From the NCBI RefSeq assembly GCF_006345805.1, contig NC_043015.1, forward strand, positions 21,700,001 to 21,764,000: a stretch of DNA of 64,000 nucleotides, read 5' to 3'. Shown here piece after piece: positions 38,906 to 52,236 of this stretch (the first letter of the stretch is position 1; each line of letters begins with the position of its first letter). The DNA is from Octopus sinensis (lineage: Eukaryota). The notes below the pieces were generated by a model. It worked only from the letters and a program-made list of their open reading frames with translations. It was not told the origin of the DNA and searched no databases. The position numbers and the translations under genes are program-made.

Positions 38906-39944
38906 GTTTGCCTTGGCGTATACATCAAAGGCATTTAAGAACGAGCAGGTATTTACACCTTTAAAAACAAGGAATAAAAGTAGGACACCTCAATAAAAAC
39001 ATAAATTCAATGCAAATATAACAGACTTGATATTGTTTAGTGTAACAGGGAAAAAACCTCATGCTCCGTTGAAAATATCGGCTGCCCAGCGGATGTGAAT
39101 GTACAATTAAAAGTCCAGGAAAAGGAGAACATTTATATCGAATTAATGCGGTACTTAGAGCCTTTTACCCTGACTATTATTTCTCATATATACTTATCAT
39201 CTCTTGGTTCTGTACCGGCATTTTTGCACAAAAATCTAGAAATACTCGGTTTTAAAGAGAAAGAGCCCAAAAGTGACTGACGCGGTTTCTCTATCACCAA
39301 TTTGTTAGTGACACATGGAAGATTTGTTAGACATTCCAAAATTTCTCTGAGCTTATACAAATATATGTGTACCCTTGGATGTAAGCACCAACTCAACCGC
39401 ATATTTACAAACACCGGGAACTAACTTTGCGTAAAACGTTTTGCCGTTACGTTAGTGATAATCTTGAACTCTCGCAAGGAGATCTGAAACTACAGATGCA
39501 TACATACAGGCATACATGCATACATATATACTTACATACATACATATATACATACATACATGCATTCATACATACATTCATACAAATATGCGTGCATACA
39601 TACCAGCAAATATATCATTGTAGGTATATGAATAGCTTCATGAATGTACATATCGAATGCAGTTAACTGTGTTTTCTCCTTTGACCTTTTGATAACATGG
39701 CGACCAACGAGTTCGACGGTAGATATTTTCTTATCTTTCTCTTCAACGTCATTTCGACCAACGCTTAAAAAGGCATTCTATATCGGCCCAAAATCAGCAA
39801 TTTATGAATGCTTCAGCAAAATATTGAATACAAAATGTATTCAATAAAAATATACTTTGAAATATTCGCGGATACACACACAGACATATTTGTGCGTGTT
39901 TATGTGTGTGTGTGTGTGTGTGTGTGTGTTTTATTTTTCATAAG

Positions 39945-40118
39945 TGTGTAGGAGTGCCTGTGTGGTAAGTAGCTTGCTTACCAACCACATGGTTCCGGGT
40001 TCAGTCCCACTGCATGGCATCTTGGGCAAGTGTCTTCTACTATAGCCTCGGGCCGACCAAAGCCTTGTGAGTAGATTTGGTAGACGGAAACTGAAAGAAG
40101 CCCGTCGTATATATATAT

Positions 40119-40154
<36 letters not shown>

Positions 40155-40345
40155 TGTGTCTGTGTTTGTCCCCCTAGCATTGCTTGACAACCGATGCTGG
40201 TGTGTTTACGTCGCCGTCACCTAGCGGTTCGGCAAAAGAGAGGCTTACAAAGAATAAGTCCCGGGGTCGATGTCTTCGACTAAAGGCGGTGCTCCACCAT
40301 GGCCGCAGTCAAATGACAGAAACAAATAAAAGATTAAAAGAGTAA
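39945..40345 (+). mobile_element. SINE family A, full length
   Basis: Head, core, central microsatellite and tail are present. Confidence 0.92.
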
Positions 40346-40671
40346 GTGTGTATGTTCTCTCCATGCATGTTGTCCTTTCCCCCTCCCCTCTGCCTCTATA
40401 GATATATGATATAACAAACTATGTATCTTGCTTTCTATGGAGATACACTACGGAAAACGTAATACTGTGGTATTCGTCTTGAGAAAGTATTTTGTATCGT
40501 TATAGGTTGCTAAAACGTATAGAAGTTTCAGTAGCAGAAGAAAGAGCTCCGGCAACGGCCGTAGAACTGCGAGGTCATACCAACGACTATGAAACAACAA
40601 TAAGAGCAACGTCTCAGAAAATAATTCCTGTCAGGAAACATAAGTAGTTACGTTAACTTTTTAAAATAATA

Positions 40672-40864
40672 TTCTTTTCTACTCCAGACACAAGGCCTGA
40701 AATTTTTTTGGGGGGAACCAGTCGATTAGATGGACTCCAGTACGCAGCTGGTATTTAATTTATCGATGAAAGGTAAAGTCGACCTCGGCGGAATTTGAAC
40801 TCAGACATGAAATACCGGTAAGCGTTTCGCCCGGCGTGCTAACGTTTCTGCCAACTCACCGCCT
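40672..40864 (-). mobile_element. SINE family B monomer
   Basis: Complete head (..CTGCCAACTCACCGCCT) and tail (TATTCTTTTCTACT). Confidence 0.9.
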
Positions 40865-40881
40865 CTTTTTAAACAAATATT

Positions 40882-41264
40882 TTTTCTACTATAGGCACAA
40901 GACCCAAAATTTTAGAGGAGGGGAGCAGTCGATTAATTCGACTCCAGTACACATCTGGTACTTCATTTATCGACCCCAAAAGGATGATAGGCAAAGTCGA
41001 CCTCAGCGTAATTTGAACTCAGACACGAAATACCTATTTCTTTGCTACCCAGAATGGGCTAAGCACAGAGAGAACAAACATGGACAGACAAACGGATCAA
41101 GTCGATTATATCGACCCCAGTGCGTAACTGGTACTTATTTAATCGACCCTGAAAGGATGAAAGGCAAAGTCGACATCGACGGAATTTGAACTCAGAACGT
41201 AACCGCAGACAAATACCGCTAAGCTATTCACCCGGCGTGCTAACGTTTCTACCAGCTCACCGTC
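40882..41264 (-). mobile_element. Dimeric SINE family B with a probable ~17-bp target-site duplication
   Basis: Two core units are joined by a ~65-nt spacer. Flanks are CTTTTTAAACAAATATT (40865-40881) and CTTTTTAAACTAATATT (41266-41282). Confidence 0.8.
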
Positions 41265-42020
41265 TCTTTTTAAACTAATATTAATGCGGTACAAACCTGC
41301 TGTTAACACGTTCTTCGTTGTACCTCACTTATTAGAAGAAAAATAGAATTCTAATGAATATTTACCGATCAAATGATTGACAGAGAGTGTGGTTATTGAA
41401 ACCACACAACGTGATACTGTTCCGGATAGGAGGTTTATAATTTAGGTCCACGAAACTTTGGAATTGTTTATCGAAAATGACAGGCCGTTCGGCATTTTGG
41501 ACTATATTGCGTTACTACGATCAGACACCTTATAATTAAGAAATAAATTACCAATAGCATAAATCAATATCTAAGATTACTATTTAAGTATTTGTTGAAT
41601 ACACAAAGAAAAGGAAAGTCGTTTGCTTAGAAGCGGAAAGCGGAAAAGCGAAATCCGGATTAGTGACTCTGGGAAAGTTCGGCGGCGAATAATTGGATAA
41701 ACGTAACTATACTTACTAGGAATTTTACCCATGTTACGGTTTATAAACTTAGCTTGCATTTACATACAGATATAAGTACATACATATATACAAACACGTA
41801 AATACAAATGGATGTACATATGTGTGTATATAGAAAAAAATTAAGTTTGACTGCACTGTTTGTGTTGCTGCTCCGTTCTGCACAAGCTTTGAGTGGTATA
41901 TGGAAGCATGTATAAATGCATCTGTGTGTAAGTGGGTGTATATATGTGTGTGTATGTAGAGTGTATAAAATACAATCAACGATATTGTGCAAAAATATGT
42001 GTGGTTAAAGCACAGGGATA

Positions 42021-42054
<34 letters not shown>

Positions 42055-42206
42055 GTGTGTGTGTATGTATGTATGTAAATATATATATATAAATTGATAG
42101 ATAGATAAATAAATAGATACAGAGATACATATATACATACGTAGATATATAGACATATATGTTTTTAAGTTTGTATGTTTATATATATATATATATATAT
42201 ATATAC

Positions 42207-42376
42207 TTTATTTAAAGCAGCAGAAAATTCAACAAAACCTGTTACCTACTCTGAGTTTCCCGTTGAAAGGCAACGGGAAACTCAGAGTAACAGGTTTTGT
42301 TGAATTTTCTGCTGCTTTAATAAAGCATATTACTCTACCACTGGTATTTGAGAACTCTTTTTTCCACCTTGTTTCC
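42207..42376. mobile_element. Fold-back (palindromic) Penelope-like pLTR remnant
   Basis: Arms 42207-42265 and 42271-42324 are reverse complements (5-nt loop, one 4-nt insertion). Each arm carries the hammerhead 3' half GAAAC-TCAGA-GTA. Confidence 0.7.
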
Positions 42377-42388
42377 GGTATATATATA

Positions 42389-42478
<90 letters not shown>

Positions 42479-42734
42479 TCATATATGTTGTTTACCTTTT
42501 ACTATTTCATGAACGGATTCCGGTCACGCTGGGAAATATCCTGAAGTGTGTTAGTGCGAAAAAATCGACATTAGTACTTATATTTTTAAGTTTCTATCAT
42601 ATCTTCTCCGTTATGGCGAATTAAACAAACCGAACCCGATTGCGAAACGATGCCTTGGGTTAAACATATTTACAGATAAGTAGAAAAATTTATGGTGGAT
42701 GGTTACATGGATAGACGGATGGACGTATACATGG

Positions 42735-42775
<41 letters not shown>

Positions 42776-43408
42776 CACGCACATACACACACACACAAAC
42801 ACCATCGCCTACGTGCACCCGAGCATATATATATATATCCGCGTGTGAGACTGAATGTGTCTCAATATGTGCACGCGCTAATGTGCACGTGATTTGTCGT
42901 TGGTAATACTACAAAACAATTCAAAATAAGAAATATATGAAATTTGAATATCAGGCAAGGTCCAGAACCATTTATCTTAATATACACAGGATCTAGCGAT
43001 TGCTAAAATCGAAACTAAAATGTTTCCCAACGTAATAAATATTATTGGCTCATAAAGTTGGCTTCTAGCACCGAAAACTAACCTGATTTTATACAAAGCT
43101 ATTCTCCACTCCAAAGCCAATTTGTAACTATTTATATAAAAATCGAATTGTTTCGGAGATAATTTCACTTGATATGAAAGCTACTTCAGATCGTAACCAT
43201 ATCAGTACATCTAGGTATATCGCCTGTTATTCACTTATAATTGCAGAGTTTTCAAAGTGGTTTTTAGCTTTAAGAGATGAACTCTCATTTATGAGGATCA
43301 TTATGTTTTAGTTGATTTAAAAATTCTCTAATAATAAAGTGTTCACTATATTTATGCATTGATACACTCACTATCGCGTATTCACAAACATACACACTAG
43401 CACACACA

Positions 43409-43459
<51 letters not shown>

Positions 43460-43650
43460 CACACAACACATGCACATATACACACATTCATCTTTATAAC
43501 TAGCTGTACACCATGACTGACGGTATATTTGCCGCAAACCTCTTTAGGACTATGCTTTTCCCCATTTTCTGTAAATATTTAAAAACCAGCCAGAACTTAT
43601 ATATATTATTCGGTAGATCTAGCTAGCAAATTATGAATATGTATGTGTTA

Positions 43651-44065
43651 GGCGCAGGAGTGGCTGTGTGAAGTAGCTTGCTTACCAACCACATGGTCCG
43701 GGTTCAGTTCCACTGGGTGGCACCTTGGGCATGCCTCTTCTACTAATGCCTCTGGCCGACCAAAGCATTGTGAGTGTACTTGGTAGACAGAAACTGAAAG
43801 AAACCCGTCGTATATATGTATATGGATATGTGTGTGTGTGAGTGTGTGTGTGTGTGTGTGTGTGTACCTGTGTGTGTGCGTGTGTGTGTATATTTGTATG
43901 TGTGTTTGTCGCCCCGCTTGACAACCGATGCTGGTGTGTTTACGTCACTTAGAGGTTCGGCTAAAGAAACTGATAGAATAAGTCCAGGGGTCGATGTATT
44001 TGACTAAAGGCGGTGGTCCAGCATGGCTACACTCAAATGACTGAAACATATGAAAGAATGAAAAA
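43651..44065 (+). mobile_element. SINE family A, full length
   Basis: Head, core, central microsatellite and tail are present. Confidence 0.92.
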
Positions 44066-44078
44066 TATACATACATAC

Positions 44079-44110
<32 letters not shown>

Positions 44111-44132
44111 ATGCATGTATATATATATATAT

Positions 44133-44166
<34 letters not shown>

Positions 44167-44372
44167 ATATATATATATATATATTGGCAAAGTAAAAAAG
44201 AAATGCACATTAGATATTAAAAAAATATAGGCCTCTTTTAAGAAAAGCAAAGCTATATACATGCAATTACATGATTTGAGGTAGAATTAGGAAGTATAAG
44301 AATCATTATTATGAATCATTATAGAGATTCAAATTCATACCGGTATCGTCAGAGCTGATCACTCACTTTGAA

Positions 44373-44578
44373 TGAATACCGATTCCAAACGATGAATGGT
44401 ATAATAGTACCTGAGTGAAAAGATTACATGCATGGGATGGAACGGGGTACTACTAACATCACCAATACCAATAACCCCACTAATCTCCATACATCTCATA
44501 CGAACTACTTACATACCTTGCATGTAATCTTTTCACTCTGATAATCTTAGACCCAGCACCGTTTTGAATCGGTATTCA
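44373..44578. mobile_element. Small foldback/MITE-like element with ~62-bp imperfect TIRs
   Basis: TGAATACCGATTCCAAACGATG...GAGTGAAAGATTACATGCA matches the reverse complement of 44517-44578. Confidence 0.65.
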
Positions 44579-45879
44579 GGCAAATCGGTATTCATATATA
44601 TATCGATGTAAAGAAGAAGAATAGAAAATTCATTAGCACATCTTTAATTTTAAGTTACAGATCTTTCCGTACAATCTCCATTTGCAACGCCCGTTTATAC
44701 GAAAATTCTGAAAGAAAAATAACCGAATATTTGCGATTTTAAACATCGTATGAAGACTTTCTTTGACTTGCATCGAAATGTGCTGTTTCATCGCGCGTCC
44801 TTCATACCTTGTTGTTGCTAATAATAATAATAATAATATAATAATAATAATAATAATAATAATAAGAAGAAAAGAAGAATAATAATAGAAGAAGAAGAAG
44901 AAGAAGAAGAAGAAAAGAAGAAGAAGGAGGAGGAGAGAGGAGGATGAGGAGAAGAAGAAGAAGAGAAGAGAAGAAGAAGAAGAAGGAGAAAGAAGAAGAA
45001 GAAGAAGAAGAAGAAGAAGAAGAAGAAGATAGAGTGGGCCTTGCTGCATATGACAAAATGGTTTATCTACTCGTTCTGGCGGTGCGTCAGCCAGTACAGG
45101 CAGAACCATTCTAACCGCAATTCCTCCGATGGAAGATATATTTGACCACACAACGGTATTAGTCTGCGACTGCTAAATGTGTAATGATCAATTATATAGA
45201 TATTTGGACAGTCGTCCGGAGTTAAATGGTAAGGATGTTGATGATATATGTTGAGGGGAGGCCCAGTTTATGACACTAGTGTGTCTTCGCACTGGGAGAG
45301 AGATACAAATAGGAACAAAAAAAACCACGAAGAGATGGAAGAGAAGGGGAGTACATCCATGCACACACGTACACATCTACATACGCACATAAATACATGC
45401 ATATACACATACACACACCCATGTATTCATACATACACACACACATATATATATATATGTACAGTAATCACTCGCCATATCGCAGTATACCTATCGCGCC
45501 CTCAGTAGATGGCGGATGTTTTTGGCTAATATATGTAAATTTCTATCGCGCATTCATCAGTATATTGCGGGTTTCTGTTTCCAATAGGTATTGATAATTT
45601 TTAGATTTTGATTTTTAGATTTTGTATGCGATAAAATAAGCATTTTCACGCCTAAAAATGAATAAACTATGTAAAAATATAGTACAGTACTGTACTGAAT
45701 CACACATTAATTAAAATATATTTTCAAAAAATACATAGTGTAACGTAGATGAGTAAAGAAAAAAATCGCGCATACTGTATGGAAAATGGAACTTGGGAGG
45801 CGAGTGTGTGGTGTTATTTTGCATTTGCGTCTAAAATTGTGAATTTATTTCAAGCCCTACGATGTAACCCAAACGTCCT

Positions 45880-46600
45880 GCAAATTCGAAGGCTTCTGGC
45901 AGTGAACCAAGAGCCAGAGAAGCTATAGCAGAGAAGGTGAGATACCTCGACATGCTTAAGAGGATTCAAACTTGGATTTAAGGCTTAGAAAAATCGCGTC
46001 ACAATTATAATATGTGGGAATGCTTCGGACTTTATGATAAAGCCATGGCTTATTTTTAAGTCCAAAAGCCCAAGGGTCCTCAAAAGCAAAAATAAGAATC
46101 TGCTGCCAGTATATTGGAAGCACATCTAAAAGGCTTGTATAACGAAACCACTGGTATCGGATTGGTTTCACCAGTGATTCATCTCTGAAGTCGAGGTTTA
46201 TCTCGACGAAAAAGGACTGGAATTCAAAGTGCTTCTCCTCATCAACAATGCTGAAGATCACGCGCTCCACCTGTCGCATGAGCGCGTACGTATTGAATTC
46301 TTACCACCGAACTCCACATTGCTGATATATCAAGGGCTTTTAAGGCGCTCTATACGCGAAACTCCCTGCAACACCTGGCCGAGGTTATGGACTAGGATGA
46401 TAACATCTCGCTGAAGGAGTGCTGGTGTGGGTACGTCATTTTCAACATGTCTCCAAAGTATTCAAAAGACTATATAGGAGATGAAGAACTAAACTTTAAA
46501 TGCCAGCTGGAAGAAGAAATTCGCCACTCTGCAGCAGATAAGGCAATGGAGATGGCAAAATTGCTACATGTGTCGACGGACACGTATATTTATAAAAATT
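45880..46600 (+). mobile_element. Decayed pogo/Tigger-like transposase (DDE_1 type)
   Basis: KNRVTIIICGNASDFMIKPWLIFKSKSPRVLK..LPVYWKH..DWFHQ..KVLLLINNA..H..IEFLPPNST, with stops. Confidence 0.85.
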
Positions 46601-47769
46601 TGCTTACTTAGAAGAAAAGGCAGTTCCTCACCCGCAAAAAAGAAAAGAAACGGGTACTCCTAAGAGTGTGCGTAGAGCTTATCAAAGTTTAAATATATAA
46701 AAATAATAAAATAAATATATGCAAATTAAGAGAATGATAAAATATGTATATAGAGAGTACAGTAACGTTTATACTTCGCGTATTTTCATGTATCGCAGAG
46801 GTTTTTGAAACGTAACACCTGCGATAGTCGAGGGATTACTGTCTAGGTATGTGTATATATAAATATATACTTATACGTGCATGCATATTCACACAGATAT
46901 ATACAGACAAACAAATACTTATACATACATATATATATATACACACACATATATATATGCACAAAACACCCACCCAATCACCCACCCACCCACACACACA
47001 AACATACACACACACATATATATATATATACATATATATAGAACCACATATATACCTGCATATATATTCGCACACACGTTAGTTGTAATTTAATTAGAGT
47101 GGAAATAAATATGAAATTTTATATCTGTGGAGAGATATAAAATTATAAAAGTAAGGTTAAATTAAATGAAAAAATATTAGAACTTACGGGAGAGAAAATA
47201 CTTTGTTATTGTTACGTATGTGCATACACATACACACACACACACGATTCCTCTCCTTCGCCTCCTTATTCCTCTTCTCCTCTCCTTTTCCCCGCCCTCT
47301 ACGCCACTTTCAACTTCTCATCGTTTTCCTCCACTCTCCTTCCCTTTCTCCCTCCTATCATTATAAGTATCAACCCTCTTGATTCTTCCCCAGCCCCCAA
47401 AATAATATCTTCCCCACATGCACATATCTTCCCATTATATACATTTAAACCTTTTCCACGAAAGTGCCTCTCCAGCAGAGCTTTGTCCATACCCAATAGC
47501 TTATATATACGTTATGCTTGTTGAAAGCATACAGAAACATGTAGCATTTACGAATAATTTCATGATCGAATTGACATCGATCCGAATTTTCGGACAAAGC
47601 TATGATGGAATACCTATACGGATATAAAATGACCAGTTATATAACATAACCTCCGGTCACTGAGAAACAAATATTGCCAACCGCGCAATATACAAAGAGC
47701 ATTTGATGTAACCATCTGCATGGCATGCCATATATTTGGAAATCAATGAATGCTGTATAGATTTATATA

Positions 47770-47851
<82 letters not shown>

Positions 47852-48144
47852 CGTGTGGTGTGTGTGTGTGTTGCATTGTGTTGTGTGTGTAAAGACGTAA
47901 GTAGGCACAGAAATGCAAAACGTGAACAAAATAATGTTCGAAAAACCAAGGTAATATGCTTTTTTTTTATTAATGACATAAAAATTTTCACAAACTGTTA
48001 CATAGTGATCCATAATACGGTTCGTCAGAAAATATGATGACAAATGTCTGACGAACACTTACGTGAAACACCGTTTGAATGGTTCCGAAAATTTTTTCGA
48101 CTTTAGAAAAATTATATGTATATGTATACATATATATGTATACC

Positions 48145-48548
48145 CTTTTACTCCTTTACTTGTTTCAGTCATTTGACTGCGGCCATGCTGGAGCACCGAC
48201 TTTAGTCGAGCAAATCGACCCCGGGACTTATTCTTTGTAAGCCCAGTACTTATTCTATCGGTCTCTTTTGCCGAACCGCTAAGTGACAGGGACGTAAACA
48301 CACCAGCATCGGTTGTCAAGCAATGCTAGGGGGACAAACACAGACACACAAATATATACACACACACTTATATATATACATATATACGACAGGCTTCTTT
48401 CAGTTTCCGTCTACCAAATTCACTCACGAGGCATTGGTCGGCCCGAGGCTATAGCAGAAGACACTTGCCCAAGATGCCATGCATGGGACTGAACCCGGAA
48501 CCATGTGGTTGGTTAGCAAGCTACTTACCACAGACCCACTCCTCCGCC
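48145..48548 (-). mobile_element. SINE family A, full length, young-looking
   Basis: Closest to the by-eye consensus of the family; complete head and tail. Confidence 0.93.
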
Positions 48549-48818
48549 TATGTATGTATATATATATATATATTAAACTAGAGATAAAACCACTGTTAGG
48601 CAAGTCAAGCAGTGAAAACCATAAGCCAATACGTAAAATTAATGTAAAAATATAAAAGTTAAAATTTTTCCCTGTAAGTTTGGATTTATTCCCTAATATT
48701 ATTATTATTGATTTATATAATATATATATAACATATATATATATATATATATGTATATATTTATATATATATATAAGATATATATATATATAATATCTAT
48801 ATATATATATATTATATA

Positions 48819-48882
<64 letters not shown>

Positions 48883-49720
48883 CATTTTCTAATATTTCAT
48901 GTGTAAGCATGTATATATATATATAGTGACATTGAAGGACGCATCTTTCGATTTACAATCTAATATAGTAGAACATTTAGTATATGTCTGTATGTATATA
49001 TATATATATATCTGTGTAGGTATATATATATTACCTGTTATATACATTATATTATTATCTTTATAATTTACTTCCATCTTTACTTTTTAATTGTCACTTT
49101 AATTTTAACTTTCCTATGATATACAGTTTTCAAGATGGTGTAATTTGGTTGTTCATTTTGAACCGATAAAAGGTTTTTTTTCAAATATTTTATGTATAAG
49201 TCTGTGTGTATATATATGTATTGGTATAAATATCAACACACAAAAAATTTTTTTTGTTCTCCATTTCCTCCCTTATTTATATTTTTATTTTTATTTTTAT
49301 TTTTATTTACCCTTTTCTCTTTTTGTCTCTCTCCCCTTCTCCAAACACACAGAGACACACACACACACGCACACAAACACACACGGACACACAGAGACAC
49401 ACACACACACCTCCACAAAACGATCATACAAAGTAGAAGAGTTCTTTGAACCCAAATGGCATTTGACCATCCTCAAAATCATAAAAGGTGTAATTTATGG
49501 CCTGCCTACCCACCAACACACACTCAGTGACACCAAAATGGCCAGAAAGCTAAAATTCTTAGAACTCCGTAGGGGGTCCTGCAGGCCAAAGGAAATCCTT
49601 CTTCTTCTTCTTCTTCTTCTTCTTCTTCTTCTTCTTCTTCTTCTTCTTCTTCTTCTTCCCTCTCCGTTCCCCTCTTTCACTTTAGCCTCAGATACAAACG
49701 CACACACAGACACACACACA

Positions 49721-49757
<37 letters not shown>

Positions 49758-49758
49758 A

Positions 49759-50204
49759 CATGTTCTATCTCTCACTTCCTCCTCATCCACTTCACCGAAA
49801 CTCTATAAAATGATTAATTTCCCCACAAAGGAATTAATTTGATTTGAAAACCCCACTAGAATGGGAGAAAGCGCTAATAATCTGAATGATATGATATATA
49901 TATGTAAAAATGTAATATATAAATAAATATCTATAAATATGAACCATCCGATCATTTCTTCTAACACACACACACCACACACACACACACCACTACACAC
50001 ATGTTCTATCTCTCACTTCCTCCTCATCCACTTCACCGAAACTCTATAAAATGATTAATTTCCCCACAAAGGAATTAATTTGATTTGAAAACCCCACTAG
50101 AATGGGAGAAAGCGCTAATAATCTGAATGATATGATATATATATGTAAAAATGTAATATATAAATAAATATCTATAAATATGAACCATCCGATCATTTCT
50201 TCTA

Positions 50205-50206
<2 letters not shown>
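49759..50206. repeat. Tandem duplication (period 241) of a ~205-bp unique core bounded by (CA)n
   Basis: 49759-49965 and 50000-50206 appear identical. Confidence 0.95.
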
Positions 50207-50300
<94 letters not shown>

Positions 50301-51856
50301 TGTATATATATTATATATCTAACAGTCTATCTTCCTATGTATCTATCTATCTATATATATATATATATATATATCTATATATATATATATATATCTATCT
50401 ATAAATCTATCTGTCTACCTGTTTGTCTATCCGCCTATCTCTCTATAATATTTGGCTCTGTGGTGTGGTCATTAGTATTTAATTACCATCACTATCAGTC
50501 TCCTGCTCCCAACTCTCCTCCTCCTGCCCAACATCATCATTTTTGTCATAAGCATTGAAAGTCCACCTACTATATCAGGTCTGACGGTGTGACAGGAGCT
50601 ACCGGGCAAAGGGACAGCGTTGAGTCCAATCTTTGTTGTAACACAGTTTCTAAAATGGGATGCGCTTGCATGTATGTATTTAATTAATATATCTCTACAT
50701 CTCTCCGTACCTTTCCCACAAATTAGAAACACACTGTCTCTTGTTTTGCGCTACCAAATCTCGTTGAAAATGTGCCTGTATATACTTATATATTCTACAC
50801 ACACATACACACGCGCATACATATAAACAGACATATGTATATATACATATATATCGAATCATTATTCCACGTTCCGTGATAAGGATAAGCAACACGCTAC
50901 GGGGCTAAGCAAATTAGTCTGGCGTTTGAAGAACACGAATTCAACTTTTAGACTGGAATGGTCAATTTTATCGGTGTCTTTACCGTTTGATAAGGGCAAA
51001 AAAATCTGTGCTCTTTGTAACTCAGAACTTTTTCATATTTTGTTCGCCCGAGGGCAGCTTGTTAACTCGATCGTGCAAAATTCTTTCAGATGCCCCACTG
51101 GAAACGGCATACCTTTCTCTCATACCAATGAAGTCTAATATAGATAACCCCTGGATTTCCTAAAAAAATTGGAAAAAAATTTGAATAAAATTTGAAAGGT
51201 GATATCCCTTCCCTGTTAGTTTAAGAACTGCTAGTTGTCAAGAAGTGCTGCCATCCCTGACAGCAACACTGTATCCTGCCATGGCCATTGTGGACACCCT
51301 CTCTCTATCAAGTGGTCACATACGAACACACAGACACAGTTTTGTCAGTTTATTGACCGTTAATACCTGCTATATCTCTCTCTCTTTCTGCCTTCGAAAC
51401 ACACTGTTACACATACATAGACGCACACACACATACATTAAAGCAATTTCTCACACTCAAACACTCTAACACTCATTCTTAAAATAATTCAAATATAAAC
51501 ACCAGTCATACAGAATACATTCACACTCTTTGATTTTCCTGTAACCCCCTTCTGCCAACCGGATTCTGACCTTGAAATATCTCAACGGACAATCTCTTCT
51601 GCTTTCACCCAGACTAGCGTCAACGCATATTCATGGGCTCCTCGTAAGCGTTTGTCGAAAAGCTTGTTGTGCATTTTGTCGGAGAATTAAGTTCCTGGAT
51701 TTTCCTGAAGAGAAAGCTGCAAAATGGACTCTTTATTCAATCCGAATTAGGGACTTTGCAGCCTTCGAAACATATGTAGAAAATAATATAAAGGAATTTT
51801 GTTAAATCTTCGTTCAGCTCCATTTTTTCCTACACACTTTATATATATATATATGT

Positions 51857-51904
<48 letters not shown>

Positions 51905-51910
51905 ATATAT

Positions 51911-52175
51911 AATAACGTTTAATATTACCCCACCTCTAATATAATATTAATATTGCTAATATATTTTCAGATACTCTATCTCCTAATTAGCCTTAAAATT
52001 AAACAACGCTTTTATCCACACTCTAATAATATTAATATTGCTAATACATTTTCAGATACTCTATCCCAATTAGCCTTAAGATTAAATAACGTTTTTACCC
52101 AAATAACGTTTTTACACAAACTTTAATATTGTTAATATTTCTTTTTCAAGTACTCTATCTTCTAATTAGCCTTAA
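51911..52175 (+). repeat. Three ~88-bp tandem monomers forming the LINE 5' UTR
   Basis: The unit AA.AACG.TTTTA..CAC.CT.TAAT..TATTAATATTGCTAAT...TTTCAGATACTCTATC..C.AATTAGCCTTAA starts at ~51911, ~52000 and ~52085. Confidence 0.85.
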
Positions 52176-52236
52176 TATCTTCCTGTCTTCTCTCGAACAT
52201 AATTAGATAGATAAACGGATAGACGGATTATCCAGC

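Noticed and set aside
48041-48082. Hammerhead look-alike CTGACGA...GAAAC-ACC-GTT
   Set aside because: The strands that should form stem I do not pair and stem II has only 2 bp.
49145-49813. 222-aa ORF
   Set aside because: Mostly CA and CTT repeats; the complex middle part (49440-49600) has no recognisable motif.
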